A stretch of DNA of 64,000 nt from Acidimicrobiia bacterium (lineage in GTDB: Bacteria > Actinomycetota > Acidimicrobiia > Spongiisociales > UBA11373). Below, one piece after another: positions 17,130-25,722 of the stretch (position 1 is its first letter; each line of letters begins with the position of its first letter). Location: contig JBFELU010000004.1 in the NCBI GenBank assembly GCA_041551965.1, positions 1,483-65,482 of the forward strand, written 5' to 3'. The notes beneath the pieces are model-generated. The model did no database searches. It was given only the letters and a program-made list of their open reading frames with translations, and was not told the origin of the DNA. A program made the translations under genes and the position numbers.

Positions 17130-18050
17130 ATGGGAGACGCAGCCCCTCTGAAGATCGGTGTCCAACTGCCCGAAGTCGAGCGGGAGGTGCGTTGGCCGGA
17201 GTACCGGGCCATGCTCCGCCTGGCCGAGGAGGTCGGGTTCGACTCGGTGTGGTTCGGCGACCACCTTCTCTACCGCAGTGAATCGGGTGAGACGAGAGGG
17301 CCGTGGGAGGCCTGGTCGATGCTGGCCGGGGCCGCCGCGGTCACCGACCGGGTCGAACTGGGTCCGCTGGTCGCGGCGACCTCGTTCCACGCTCCGGCGA
17401 TGCTGGCCAAGAAGGCGGCGGCCGTGGACGAGATCAGCGGCGGCCGGCTCATCCTCGGGCTGGGAGCGGGTTGGAACGAGGTGGAGTACCGCGCGTTCGG
17501 GTTCCCGTTCGACCGGCGGGTCGCTCGCTTCGAGGAGGCGTTCACCATCATCCGAACGCTGCTTGCAGAGGGCCGGGTCGACTTCGAGGGGATGTTCTAC
17601 CGAGCACGGGGCTGCGAGCTGCTCCCGGCGCCGATCCGACCCGGCGGCCCGCCGTTGATGGTCGGATCGGTCGGGCCTCGGATGCTTCGGATCACGATGC
17701 CCCACGTGGCCGCATGGAACGCGTGGTACGAGTGGTTCGGCAACACGCCGGAAGGACTGGTGGAGATGCTCCGGGAGGTGGATCGCGCCTGCGTCGAGGT
17801 CGGGCGCGATCCCGGCGATGTGGAACGAACCGCCGCCGTGCTGGTGGCGCCGCTGCGGCCGGGGGGGAGGCTGGACTGGGATGAAACCCGGAGCCGGAAA
17901 GCGGCTCCGATCCACGGCGACATCGAGACGATCGCCTCTCGGCTCCGGGCCTTCGGGGAACTCGGCATGAGCCACCTGCAACTGGTGCTCGACCCCATCA
18001 CCCCGGAGTCGATCGAACGGTGTGGGGAGGTGCTCACGCTTCTGCGGTGA
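17130..18050 (+). CDS. LLM-class (luciferase-like) F420-dependent oxidoreductase
   Basis: LKIGVQLP...GFDSVWFGDHL...LGLGAGW motifs. Confidence 0.85.
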   Translation: MGDAAPLKIGVQLPEVEREVRWPEYRAMLRLAEEVGFDSVWFGDHLLYRSESGETRGPWEAWSMLAGAAAVTDRVELGPLVAATSFHAPAMLAKKAAAVDEISGGRLILGLGAGWNEVEYRAFGFPFDRRVARFEEAFTIIRTLLAEGRVDFEGMFYRARGCELLPAPIRPGGPPLMVGSVGPRMLRITMPHVAAWNAWYEWFGNTPEGLVEMLREVDRACVEVGRDPGDVERTAAVLVAPLRPGGRLDWDETRSRKAAPIHGDIETIASRLRAFGELGMSHLQLVLDPITPESIERCGEVLTLLR

Positions 18051-18115
18051 GGGGGCGGAATCCTTGGGTGACGCGCGACCGCTGAGTATGGTCCCGAAAA
18101 GACCAGGGAGGCGCC

Positions 18116-18355
18116 GTGGCCGTGCCCGGAATCGTCGACTGGGGGGAGCCTCGTCCGGCAGAATGGGCGGGCGAGAGTGAGACTCTGAGCGCCCGCGTGC
18201 CGATCGACGTCGGGCGGGCGGTCCGGGCCCGGGCCAGGGCGGAGGGCGTCAGCGTCAGCGTGATGGTCCATCGGCTGCTGGCCACTGCGATACACGGTGG
18301 TCACGCGGCGAGCAGGCCGGTGCACGCCGATCTGGTTTCGACCTTGTTCGATTGA
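18116..18355 (+). CDS. small ribbon-helix-helix-like protein (VapB/FitA-type antitoxin-like), orphan
   Basis: ETLSARVPIDVGRAVRARARAEGVSVSVMVHRLLATAI follows a beta-strand plus two-helix RHH pattern. No toxin gene is adjacent. Confidence 0.35.
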   Translation: MAVPGIVDWGEPRPAEWAGESETLSARVPIDVGRAVRARARAEGVSVSVMVHRLLATAIHGGHAASRPVHADLVSTLFD

Positions 18356-18529
18356 GGCTCGGCCGATCGTGGCGAGGTCGAGCAAGGCTCGAGCCGCGTT
18401 CGGGTCCTCCGGCGACCCCGGTGGGTCGAAGGCCCCTGGATCGAAGCACACCCTCCATCCAGGGTGTGGGGAACTCGGGGAGGGACGCCGCGGTGGCGGC
18501 GGGTTCCTCCCTTTCCTGAGGGAGGATAT

Positions 18530-19525
18530 GTGAAGAGATTCGTCGCGCCCGGGCTGGTGGTCTTGGCCGGGCTCGTGTTCGTCGTGGTCACCCTGGTGCA
18601 GAACCTGTTCACCGTCGGCGACGACTTCGAAGAGATGATCGACGACTTCCGGCCGATTCTGACGGATGAGTCGATCGCCGGGCTTCGGGCCGATCTCGGT
18701 GGCCTCGAGGCCGTGGCCGTCGAGTTCCAGACTCAGGTCGCTCCTGCCATGGCCCAGCAGCTGGGGATGACCCCAGAGGCCTTCGGGCGGTTCGTGCAGA
18801 CCGAGTTCCCGGCGGTGGCCTCCGGTTTGGCGCTGCTACCCGAAGCGGGTCCGACCTTCGCGGGTTTGATCGACCTGCTCGATCAGCAGCAGGACAACTT
18901 CCGCGGGGCGGACGAGATACCGACCAAGGATCTGCCGGCGCAGACGGTGCCGTGGGGCTTCACCGTGATCGGCGTGCTGGCCATCGTTCTCGGGGTGTAC
19001 TTGTTCCTGCGGCCTTCGCGGGTTGGGGCGATCCTGGCGGTCTTGCTCGGCCTTTTGATCGTGGTTGGTTCGTTCGTGTTCTCGCTCCCCGGGAAGTCGG
19101 CCGCCGCCGACGACCTGAACGAGGCGCTCGAGCCCGTGTACTCGGTGGAGACCGTCGAGGGAGCCAAGGCTGCGCTGGATGTGATGGGCGCCATGAGCCG
19201 GGAGATGGCCGGCGCGATGTTGCCGGCGCTGGCCTTGCAGCTCGGCATGGGCCCTGAGGAACTCGGCGGCTTCCTGGCGGAGGGCTTCCCGGCGACCGCG
19301 CAGGGGTTGCAGACCCTGCCCGCCGCGCTGGGTCGTTTCCATGGTCTCGTCGACACGTTCGACGCCAACCTCGACAATTACGACACGTTGCAGCCGGTGA
19401 AGTTCACGCCGATCATCTGGATCTTCATCATCGGCGGCATCGTCGTTGTCCTCGCCGGTGCCCTCGGCCTGTTCTGGAGGGACGAGGAGGAGGCGCCGAC
19501 CGCCTCGATGCACCCCGACGCCTAG
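18530..19525 (+). CDS. integral membrane protein with an internal tandem duplication
   Basis: GTG at 18530, 8 nt after GAGGGAGGA. The protein has two homologous halves (LGMTPEAFGRFVQTEFPAVASGLALLPEAGPTFAGLIDLLD versus LGMGPEELGGFLAEGFPATAQGLQTLPAALGRFHGLVDTFD), each flanked by TM helices. Confidence 0.6.
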   Translation: MKRFVAPGLVVLAGLVFVVVTLVQNLFTVGDDFEEMIDDFRPILTDESIAGLRADLGGLEAVAVEFQTQVAPAMAQQLGMTPEAFGRFVQTEFPAVASGLALLPEAGPTFAGLIDLLDQQQDNFRGADEIPTKDLPAQTVPWGFTVIGVLAIVLGVYLFLRPSRVGAILAVLLGLLIVVGSFVFSLPGKSAAADDLNEALEPVYSVETVEGAKAALDVMGAMSREMAGAMLPALALQLGMGPEELGGFLAEGFPATAQGLQTLPAALGRFHGLVDTFDANLDNYDTLQPVKFTPIIWIFIIGGIVVVLAGALGLFWRDEEEAPTASMHPDA

Positions 19526-19532
19526 AGACGGA

Positions 19533-19560
19533 TCATGGGGGCCGGGGACGGCCCCCATGA
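19533..19560 (+). terminator. GC-rich hairpin (12-bp stem tcatgggggccg/cggcccccatga, loop ggga) just after the stop of the membrane protein gene
   Basis: A perfect inverted repeat is visible. There is no U-tract, which fits the I-shaped terminators common in high-GC Gram-positives. Confidence 0.5.
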
Positions 19561-19650
19561 CTCCATACCCCGGACCATCGGGTGTTCGCACTGCGACATC
19601 TGCGAGACACCGGCCCGGCACCATGGCGCCGAGCGATATCGGGAGTGAGG

Positions 19651-19860
19651 ATGACGGGGCGAGACGAAATCCGGGATCTCATCGTCGCCGCAGCCGAAGG
19701 GGCGGCGGGAAGCCTGGCGGCACTGCAGTCGGCCGGTGCGCACCTGGAGGACTTCGAGGTAGAGATGGGGCTCGGCGAGGGGGCGAGCGAAGTGGCGGCG
19801 GCGGTGCGCTTCACGTTGGCGGTCCGGCCGCCGGGTGCCGCACCCGATCCGGATCGCTGA
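19651..19860 (+). CDS. small hypothetical protein (69 aa)
   Basis: ATG preceded by GGAGTGAGGA. The ORF has strong GC3 bias. It sits in an otherwise long 364-bp intergenic gap. Confidence 0.3.
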   Translation: MTGRDEIRDLIVAAAEGAAGSLAALQSAGAHLEDFEVEMGLGEGASEVAAAVRFTLAVRPPGAAPDPDR

Positions 19861-19889
19861 CCACGTCCGGGGCGGGTGACCGGTGTGGG

Positions 19890-20921
19890 ATGATGGCCCG
19901 CATGGAGTACCGCCGGCTCGGTGATTCGGGTCTCGTGGTCTCGTCGTTCGCGCTGGGCACGATGGTCTTCGGCGAGGACTCACCGCGACGGGCCGATCCC
20001 GAGGAAGCCGAGCGGATGGTGCGTCGCTTCCTGGACGCCGGCGGCAACCACGTCGACACGGCCAACGTGTATGCGGGCGGTCGCTCCGAGGAGATCGTCG
20101 GGAAGGCGATCCGGGGCCGCCGAGATCAGGTCGTGCTGGCCACCAAGGTCCGTTTCCCGATGGGAGATGGTCCCAACGACCAGGGCCTGGGCCGGGTCCA
20201 CTTGTTTCGGGAGGTCGAGGCCTCGTTGCGGCGTCTCGACGTCGATCACGTCGACCTCCTCTACATGCACTGCTGGGACCCGCTGACGCCGATCGAGGAG
20301 TCGCTCGAGGTCTTCGATGAACTCGTCCGGTCCGGGAAGGTGCGGTACATCGGGGTGTCGAACTTCAAGGCCTGGCAGCTCATGAAGGCACTGGGAGTGA
20401 GCACGGGATGGGGATGGGCCCGGTTCGTGGCCGCCCAGTACCAGTACAGCCTGGTGGCCAGGGACATCGAACGCGAGTTCCTCGACCTGTGCGAGGCCGA
20501 GGGTCTCGGCGTGGTGCCGTGGAGCCCGCTCGGCGGTGGCTTCCTGAGTGGGAAGTACCGGCCCGACCGGAGGCCGACCGATAGCGCCGAGGGACGGCTG
20601 GCGACGCAGCCGGACGGAGACGAGGAGGCCTGGCACCGTCGGGCCACCGAGCGAAACTGGCGGATCATCGATGCCGTGTCGGGAGTGGCCGATGAGGCCG
20701 GAGCGACGATGTCCCAGGTGGCCCTGGCGTGGCTCCTGACCAGGCACCCCGTTGCGTCGGTGATCATCGGCGTGCGAAACCTCGATCAACTGGAGGACAA
20801 CCTGGGCGCAGCCGCAGTGGCGCTCTCCCCGGACGCACTGGCGCGACTCGATGCGGTGTCCGCACTCGAACCGTCCTATCCGTATCGGTTCATTGAGGCG
20901 TACGGGTCGCGATCGCCGTGA
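19890..20921 (+). CDS. aldo/keto reductase
   Basis: MEYRRLGDSGLVVSSFALGTMVFG...IDTANVYAGGRSEEIVG...YIGVSNF motifs. The ~148 upstream codons of the track ORF are noise. Confidence 0.85.
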   Translation: MMARMEYRRLGDSGLVVSSFALGTMVFGEDSPRRADPEEAERMVRRFLDAGGNHVDTANVYAGGRSEEIVGKAIRGRRDQVVLATKVRFPMGDGPNDQGLGRVHLFREVEASLRRLDVDHVDLLYMHCWDPLTPIEESLEVFDELVRSGKVRYIGVSNFKAWQLMKALGVSTGWGWARFVAAQYQYSLVARDIEREFLDLCEAEGLGVVPWSPLGGGFLSGKYRPDRRPTDSAEGRLATQPDGDEEAWHRRATERNWRIIDAVSGVADEAGATMSQVALAWLLTRHPVASVIIGVRNLDQLEDNLGAAAVALSPDALARLDAVSALEPSYPYRFIEAYGSRSP

Positions 20922-21115
20922 AGTTCCTGCTCTGGCTCGTGCTCCTGTTGATCTCCTGGCCTCTGGCGCTGCTGGCGCTGCTGCTGTACCCGGTTGTGTG
21001 GCTCCTCGCGATTCCCTTCCGTCTCATCGGGATCTCGGTCAAGGGTGCGCTCGAGCTGGTGGAGGCGGTCATTCGCCTCCCGGCCCGCATCCTGCGGGGT
21101 CGCCCGGACGGCTGA
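20918..21115 (+). CDS. small hydrophobic membrane protein (65 aa, two predicted TM helices)
   Basis: GTG start overlapping the aldo/keto reductase (AKR) stop (GTGA). Sequence MKFLLWLVLLLISWPLALLALLLYPVVWLLAIPFRLIGI. Confidence 0.4.
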   Translation: MKFLLWLVLLLISWPLALLALLLYPVVWLLAIPFRLIGISVKGALELVEAVIRLPARILRGRPDG

Positions 21116-21155
21116 GGTTGCCGTCCACCGCCGACCCGGCTTTCATGCCCGGCTC

Positions 21156-22778
21156 ATGATCACCGGCGCACAGAGTCTCGTCCGGACGCTGAAGGCCGAG
21201 GGTGTCGACACCATCTTCACGCTGACGGGCGGTCACATCCTGCCGATCCTCGATGCCTGCGTTATCGAGGGCATCCGGGTGATCGACGTTCGCCACGAGC
21301 AGGCGGCCGCCCACGCCGCCGATGCCTATGCCCGGGTGACCGGTCGGCTCGGGGTGGCGGCCGTCACGGCCGGCCCGGGAGCCACCGGAACCGTGACCGC
21401 AGTAGCGGCCGCCTTCAACGCCGCATCCCCGGTGTTGCTCCTCGTGGGTGGTCATCCCTCGCACGAGGATCTTCGCGGCGGGCTGCAGGAGATGGACCAC
21501 CCTCCCCTCTTCGACGGCATTGCGAGGTGGACCCACACCGCTCGGGATCCGGCCCGGCTCTCGGAGGTCGCTTCGATCGCGGTGCGTCGCGCTTTCGCCA
21601 ACCGGGGCGGCCCGGTCGTGATCGACATTCCTTGGGACGTGCAGGCGTTAGAGGCTCCCGCGCCGGTCTCGACCGAGGGTGCCCGCCGACCCAACCGCCC
21701 GAGCGCGGTCGATCCGGACACGATCGTGGAGATCGCCGGCATGTTGGCCGGGGCGGCCCGCCCGGTGGTGTTCGCCGGAACCGGTCTGCGTTGGGCGGAA
21801 GAGGCGCCCCTCGGCGATCTGGTGACGGCCGGTCGGCTCCCGCTCTTCCTCAACAGCCTGGCCCGCGGCGCCGTTCGCTGGGATCACCCCAGTCTGGGCA
21901 ACCGCGCCCGCTCGTGGGCGCTCGGCAGGGCCGATCTGGTGATCGCACTCGGGGTCGACTGGGACTTCCGAACGAGGTTCGGGTCGGTGGTGGGCGCCGG
22001 AGCGAGCCTGGTCCACGTCGATGCCGAGCCGACCAAGGTCGGGTGGAACCGCCCGGTCGACATCGGGGTCGCCGCCGACCCCGGTGTCTTCGTGTCGCAG
22101 CTGCTCGAGGAAGCCGGCAGGTTCGGGCGCACCGCTGATTCCGACTGGATGCTCGAGGTCCGGGCCGAGGAGTCGCGGCGGCAGGCGGATGCCGCCGAGG
22201 CGGCGGCGTCCGACGAGAGTCCGGTGCACCCCGAGCGCTTCGCTCGAGAGGTCGCCGAGTTCTTCGGCGACGATGCGATCGTGGCGGCCGACGGCGGCGA
22301 CATCGTGTCGACCACCGCCAAGTGGCTGCGCACGTCGAAGCCGGGGCACCTCCTCGACCCGGGCCCGTTTGGTTCCCTCGGAGTCGGGGCTCCGTTCGCC
22401 CTCGCGGCCAAGGTGGTCCGGCCGGAGGCGCGGGTGGGGATCGTGTTCGGCGACGGGGCGTTCGGCTTCAACGGGATGGAGTACGACTCGCTCGTGCGAC
22501 ACGAGTTGCCGGTGGTGGGGGTGGTGGGCAACGACGGCGCTTGGAACAACATCAAGGTCTTGCACCGTGCCTTGTTCCCGGACCGGGTCGTCGCTGCCGA
22601 CTTGGGGGTGCGGCCGTACCACGCCATGGTCGAATCCCTCGGGGGGTACGGGGAGTTCGTCGAGCGACCCGGTGACCTCCTCCCGGCCCTCGAGCGGGCC
22701 GAGGAGAGCGGTGTCCCGGCCCTGGTCAACGTCCATCTCGCCGAGCAGCTGCGACCGTCGTCGGTGTACGGATTCTGA
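21156..22778 (+). CDS. thiamine pyrophosphate-dependent enzyme, acetolactate-synthase-like
   Basis: N-terminal TPP Pyr domain (GAQSLVRTLKAEGVDTIFTLTGGHILPILDA), C-terminal TPP-binding GDGAFGFNGMEY...GNDGAWN. Confidence 0.85.
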   Translation: MITGAQSLVRTLKAEGVDTIFTLTGGHILPILDACVIEGIRVIDVRHEQAAAHAADAYARVTGRLGVAAVTAGPGATGTVTAVAAAFNAASPVLLLVGGHPSHEDLRGGLQEMDHPPLFDGIARWTHTARDPARLSEVASIAVRRAFANRGGPVVIDIPWDVQALEAPAPVSTEGARRPNRPSAVDPDTIVEIAGMLAGAARPVVFAGTGLRWAEEAPLGDLVTAGRLPLFLNSLARGAVRWDHPSLGNRARSWALGRADLVIALGVDWDFRTRFGSVVGAGASLVHVDAEPTKVGWNRPVDIGVAADPGVFVSQLLEEAGRFGRTADSDWMLEVRAEESRRQADAAEAAASDESPVHPERFAREVAEFFGDDAIVAADGGDIVSTTAKWLRTSKPGHLLDPGPFGSLGVGAPFALAAKVVRPEARVGIVFGDGAFGFNGMEYDSLVRHELPVVGVVGNDGAWNNIKVLHRALFPDRVVAADLGVRPYHAMVESLGGYGEFVERPGDLLPALERAEESGVPALVNVHLAEQLRPSSVYGF

Positions 22779-22826
22779 GTCGGGGAGGGCCTTTCGGCCC
22801 TGGCGTCTCGGAGAGCCCGGAGTAAA

Positions 22827-22846
22827 TCTTCAGGCATGCCTGAAGA
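22827..22846. promoter_or_regulatory. perfect 20-bp palindrome TCTTCAGGCA|TGCCTGAAGA inside the only AT-rich patch in the region, spanning the first ATG of the DtxR-family gene
   Basis: Seen directly in the sequence. Its location is typical of an autoregulatory operator for a metalloregulator. Confidence 0.55.
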
Positions 22847-23531
22847 AAATACCGCCGATTCTGTAGGTGAACCCAAAACCAGCGAGAGCGAAGAGATGTA
22901 CCTGCTCACCGTGGTCCGGGCCGAAGAGGACGGCCACCAGGGGAGCCTCCCGGTCGCCGAGCTCGCCCTCACCCTCGGTGTCTCGGCCGCATCGGCCAAC
23001 GAGATGGTGCGCAAGCTCGAGCGACGGGGCCTGGTGACGTACGAGCGCTATCGCGGGGTCGACCTGACCGTCGGCGGCCGCCGCATCGCGGCGCGGGTCC
23101 TCCGAGTACGGCGATTGTGGGCTCGGTTTCTCGCCGATCGGCTCGGCATGGCCCCCGATGAGGCCGATGCCCTCGCCTGCCGGCTCGAGCACGTGACTCC
23201 GGACGCAGCGATCGATCGGCTCGATCGGTTCCTGGATCACCCCTCGGTGGGGCCGATGGGCCGTCCCATTCCCCCCGGTGATGGGGAGCCGGTCGTGCCC
23301 ATCGAAACGTTGGCGGGGGCCGCCGTCGGATCCCCCGTCGAGGTGGTATCGATCGAGGGTGACCGGGAGACGGCGGCGTTCCTCGCCGACGCCGGCATCC
23401 GGGTCGGGGCGGTGGTCTCGATCCGGGCCCGGGCCGGGACCACGACGCTGGTCGCGGGCGACATGGCGGTCGCGGTCGGCTCCGAGCTCGCCCGCAGCAT
23501 CGCCGTGAGGGGGCACGCTCGTGGGGCGTGA
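22836..23531 (+). CDS. DtxR/IdeR-family metal-dependent transcriptional repressor (HTH + dimerisation + FeoA/SH3-like C-terminal domain)
   Basis: EEMYLLTVVRAEEDG...LTLGVSAASANEMVRKLERRGLV and a C-terminal FeoA-like tail. The true start may instead be the internal ATG at 22896, which would place the palindrome about 50 bp upstream. Confidence 0.85.
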   Translation: MPEENTADSVGEPKTSESEEMYLLTVVRAEEDGHQGSLPVAELALTLGVSAASANEMVRKLERRGLVTYERYRGVDLTVGGRRIAARVLRVRRLWARFLADRLGMAPDEADALACRLEHVTPDAAIDRLDRFLDHPSVGPMGRPIPPGDGEPVVPIETLAGAAVGSPVEVVSIEGDRETAAFLADAGIRVGAVVSIRARAGTTTLVAGDMAVAVGSELARSIAVRGHARGA

Positions 23532-24945
23532 CTCCCTCGACGATGGCGCGCCGGCCTCGGCCGAACGTTCTCGGGTCGGTTGGGTCGAGCGGCTCACCAC
23601 GCATCGCGTCCTTGGCCTCCCCCTGTTCCTGGCGGCGATGTGGCTCGCCTTCAAACTGACCACCGACGTGTCGGCGCCCTTCGTCGATTGGATCGACGCG
23701 GTGGTCGCCGGGCCCCTGTACCGCAACCTCGTGGCCGTCCTCGAGGCGATCGGTCTCGGGGGGAGCTGGCTCGAGAGCCTGCTGGCAGACGGTCTCTTGC
23801 TGGGAGTGGGGGCGGTACTCGCCTTCGTGCCGGTGTTGCTGAGCCTGTACCTGGCGCTGGCCGTCCTCGAGCACAGCGGTTATCTGGCCCGAGGTGCGCA
23901 CATCATGGACGGAGTCATGCGGCTCGCCGGGCTCCCGGGTCGGGCCTTCCTGCCGATGATGCTGGGTTTCGGGTGCTCGGTCCCGGCGCTGCTGGCGCTG
24001 CGGTCCTTGGATCGGAAGCGGGATCGGGTCCTCGCCGGGCTGCTCGTGCCGTTCATGAGCTGTGGGGCCCGTCTCCCGGTCTACGTGCTCATGGCGACGG
24101 CGTTCTTCGTCGGCCATCGGACTCTCGCGGTCTTCTCGATGTACTTGCTCGGATTGGGGGTGGCCGTGTTGCTGGGAACGATCGTGGGCCGGACCCTCCT
24201 GCGGGGCAACGGCGACGGCGACACCACACCCGTCTCACCGATGCCGCTCTCGATGCCTTCGTGGGGAGACGTGATGAGCACCGTGCGGACGAGAACGGTC
24301 GATTTCCTGCGGGACGCCGGCACGGTGATCCTCGGCGCCAGCCTCGTCGTGTGGCTCCTGATGGCCATCCCGATCGGGTCCGGTTCGTTCGCCGACGCCG
24401 ATGTGGAAGACAGCGCCTTCGCCACGGTGAGCCGGATCGCGGCACCGCCACTCGAGCCGCTCGGCCTCGGCGACTGGCGTCAGTCCGGGGCGCTGCTGAC
24501 CGGTTTGGTGGCCAAGGAGGTGGTGGTGGCCACGCTGGCGCAGGGCTACGGGCTCGCCGAAGCGGCGCCGGATGACGAACCCGGTCTCGCCGAGGATGCC
24601 GGCGAGATCGTGACCGGGTTCGCCGTGGCGGTTCGCGACTCCGCCCTCGCTCTTCCCGGCATCGTGGGGATCGACCTCGATGGAGGGGACGGCGGGCAGT
24701 CTCCGGCGCTCATCGGAGCGGTGCGGCGAGGCTTCGAGGAGTCGAGCGGCGGCCGCGGCGCCGCAGCCGCACTGGCCTTCATGGTGTTCGTGCTCCTCTA
24801 CACCCCTTGTGCCGCTTCGCTGGCGACCACCCGGCGGGAGCTGGGGACCCGGTGGATGTGGGCGAGCGGCGTCGGGCAGTTGCTGCTCGCTTGGGCCTTT
24901 GCGTTCTTCACGTATCGCATCGGTGTGCTGGTGGGGTTGGGGTAG
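23521..24945 (+). CDS. FeoB-like ferrous iron transporter, membrane (gate/nucleoside-recognition) domain only; no G-domain
   Basis: It begins at the linker I remember following the FeoB GTPase domain (ERLTTHRVLGLPLFLAAMWLAFKL). The body has 8-10 TM helices. It overlaps the end of the DtxR gene, so no room is left for a G-domain. Confidence 0.7.
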   Translation: MGRDSLDDGAPASAERSRVGWVERLTTHRVLGLPLFLAAMWLAFKLTTDVSAPFVDWIDAVVAGPLYRNLVAVLEAIGLGGSWLESLLADGLLLGVGAVLAFVPVLLSLYLALAVLEHSGYLARGAHIMDGVMRLAGLPGRAFLPMMLGFGCSVPALLALRSLDRKRDRVLAGLLVPFMSCGARLPVYVLMATAFFVGHRTLAVFSMYLLGLGVAVLLGTIVGRTLLRGNGDGDTTPVSPMPLSMPSWGDVMSTVRTRTVDFLRDAGTVILGASLVVWLLMAIPIGSGSFADADVEDSAFATVSRIAAPPLEPLGLGDWRQSGALLTGLVAKEVVVATLAQGYGLAEAAPDDEPGLAEDAGEIVTGFAVAVRDSALALPGIVGIDLDGGDGGQSPALIGAVRRGFEESSGGRGAAAALAFMVFVLLYTPCAASLATTRRELGTRWMWASGVGQLLLAWAFAFFTYRIGVLVGLG

Positions 24946-24948
24946 GGG

Positions 24949-25653
24949 TCACCCGCCACCCGTCGACCGGTGGGTGGCCTCCGGAGCCAGCCGCACCCGA
25001 ATCACCTGGATGATCGTGGCGACGGCGAGAGCCGTCGCCGCGCCGAACAGGGCTCCGGCGATGACGTCGGTGAGCCAATGGACGCGCAGGTAGGTCCGGC
25101 TCAGGGCCATGGCGAAGGCGAAGAGGCCGGCTCGCACCTCCCAGGCCCTCCGGTGCTGTCCGGGCACGATCAGCACGATCACCAGCGCGATGGCCGTGGC
25201 GGCGCCGGCCGTAGCGTGACCGGAGGGGAACGACGAACCGGTGTTGGCGACGAGGCCCCCCTGGGGGCGAGGCCGGTCGTACCAGGCTTTGAACAGCCCG
25301 ATCGGGAGCTCGGAGATCATCACCGCCCCCAGCCAGGTCGCCAACAGCCACCAGCGGCGCTTGATGGTCAGATAGAGGCTCATCGCGACCCGCAACGGGG
25401 CCGTCACGAACACACCCCCCATGATGTCGAGCCCTTTGGCGATCACCACGACGATGTCGTTTTCCCAACTCGCCATGAGGTCGTTCCACGCATCGTCGAG
25501 TGGCTGCCAGAAGGCCCGGCCGTCGTCGAAGGCCATCGTGATGAGGAGCACGAGCGCCGCCAGGTACATGGTCACCGCACCGGCTACCGCCCAGCGGTGG
25601 TTCTGGAAGAGCCAGATGTGTTGGTGGCCGGGTCGGCCCGGCTGGGTGATCAT
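24949..25653 (-). CDS. PAP2-family phosphatase (phosphatidic acid phosphatase type 2-like)
   Basis: KxxxxxxRP (YDRPRP), PSGH and SRxxxxxHxxxD (SRTYLRVHWLTD) motifs. Confidence 0.8.
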   Translation of the reverse strand: MITQPGRPGHQHIWLFQNHRWAVAGAVTMYLAALVLLITMAFDDGRAFWQPLDDAWNDLMASWENDIVVVIAKGLDIMGGVFVTAPLRVAMSLYLTIKRRWWLLATWLGAVMISELPIGLFKAWYDRPRPQGGLVANTGSSFPSGHATAGAATAIALVIVLIVPGQHRRAWEVRAGLFAFAMALSRTYLRVHWLTDVIAGALFGAATALAVATIIQVIRVRLAPEATHRSTGGG

Positions 25654-25722
25654 GTATCGGCCTTGGGCTGGGTCGGCGTCAGCCTAGGATCGTCGGCAGG
25701 CGGGACCACCACGGGAGTCTCG

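Noticed and set aside
19582-19860. Longer 92-aa version of the small ORF
   Set aside because: Its first 23 codons overlap the terminator hairpin region and lack an SD. The internal ATG at 19651 has a strong SD.
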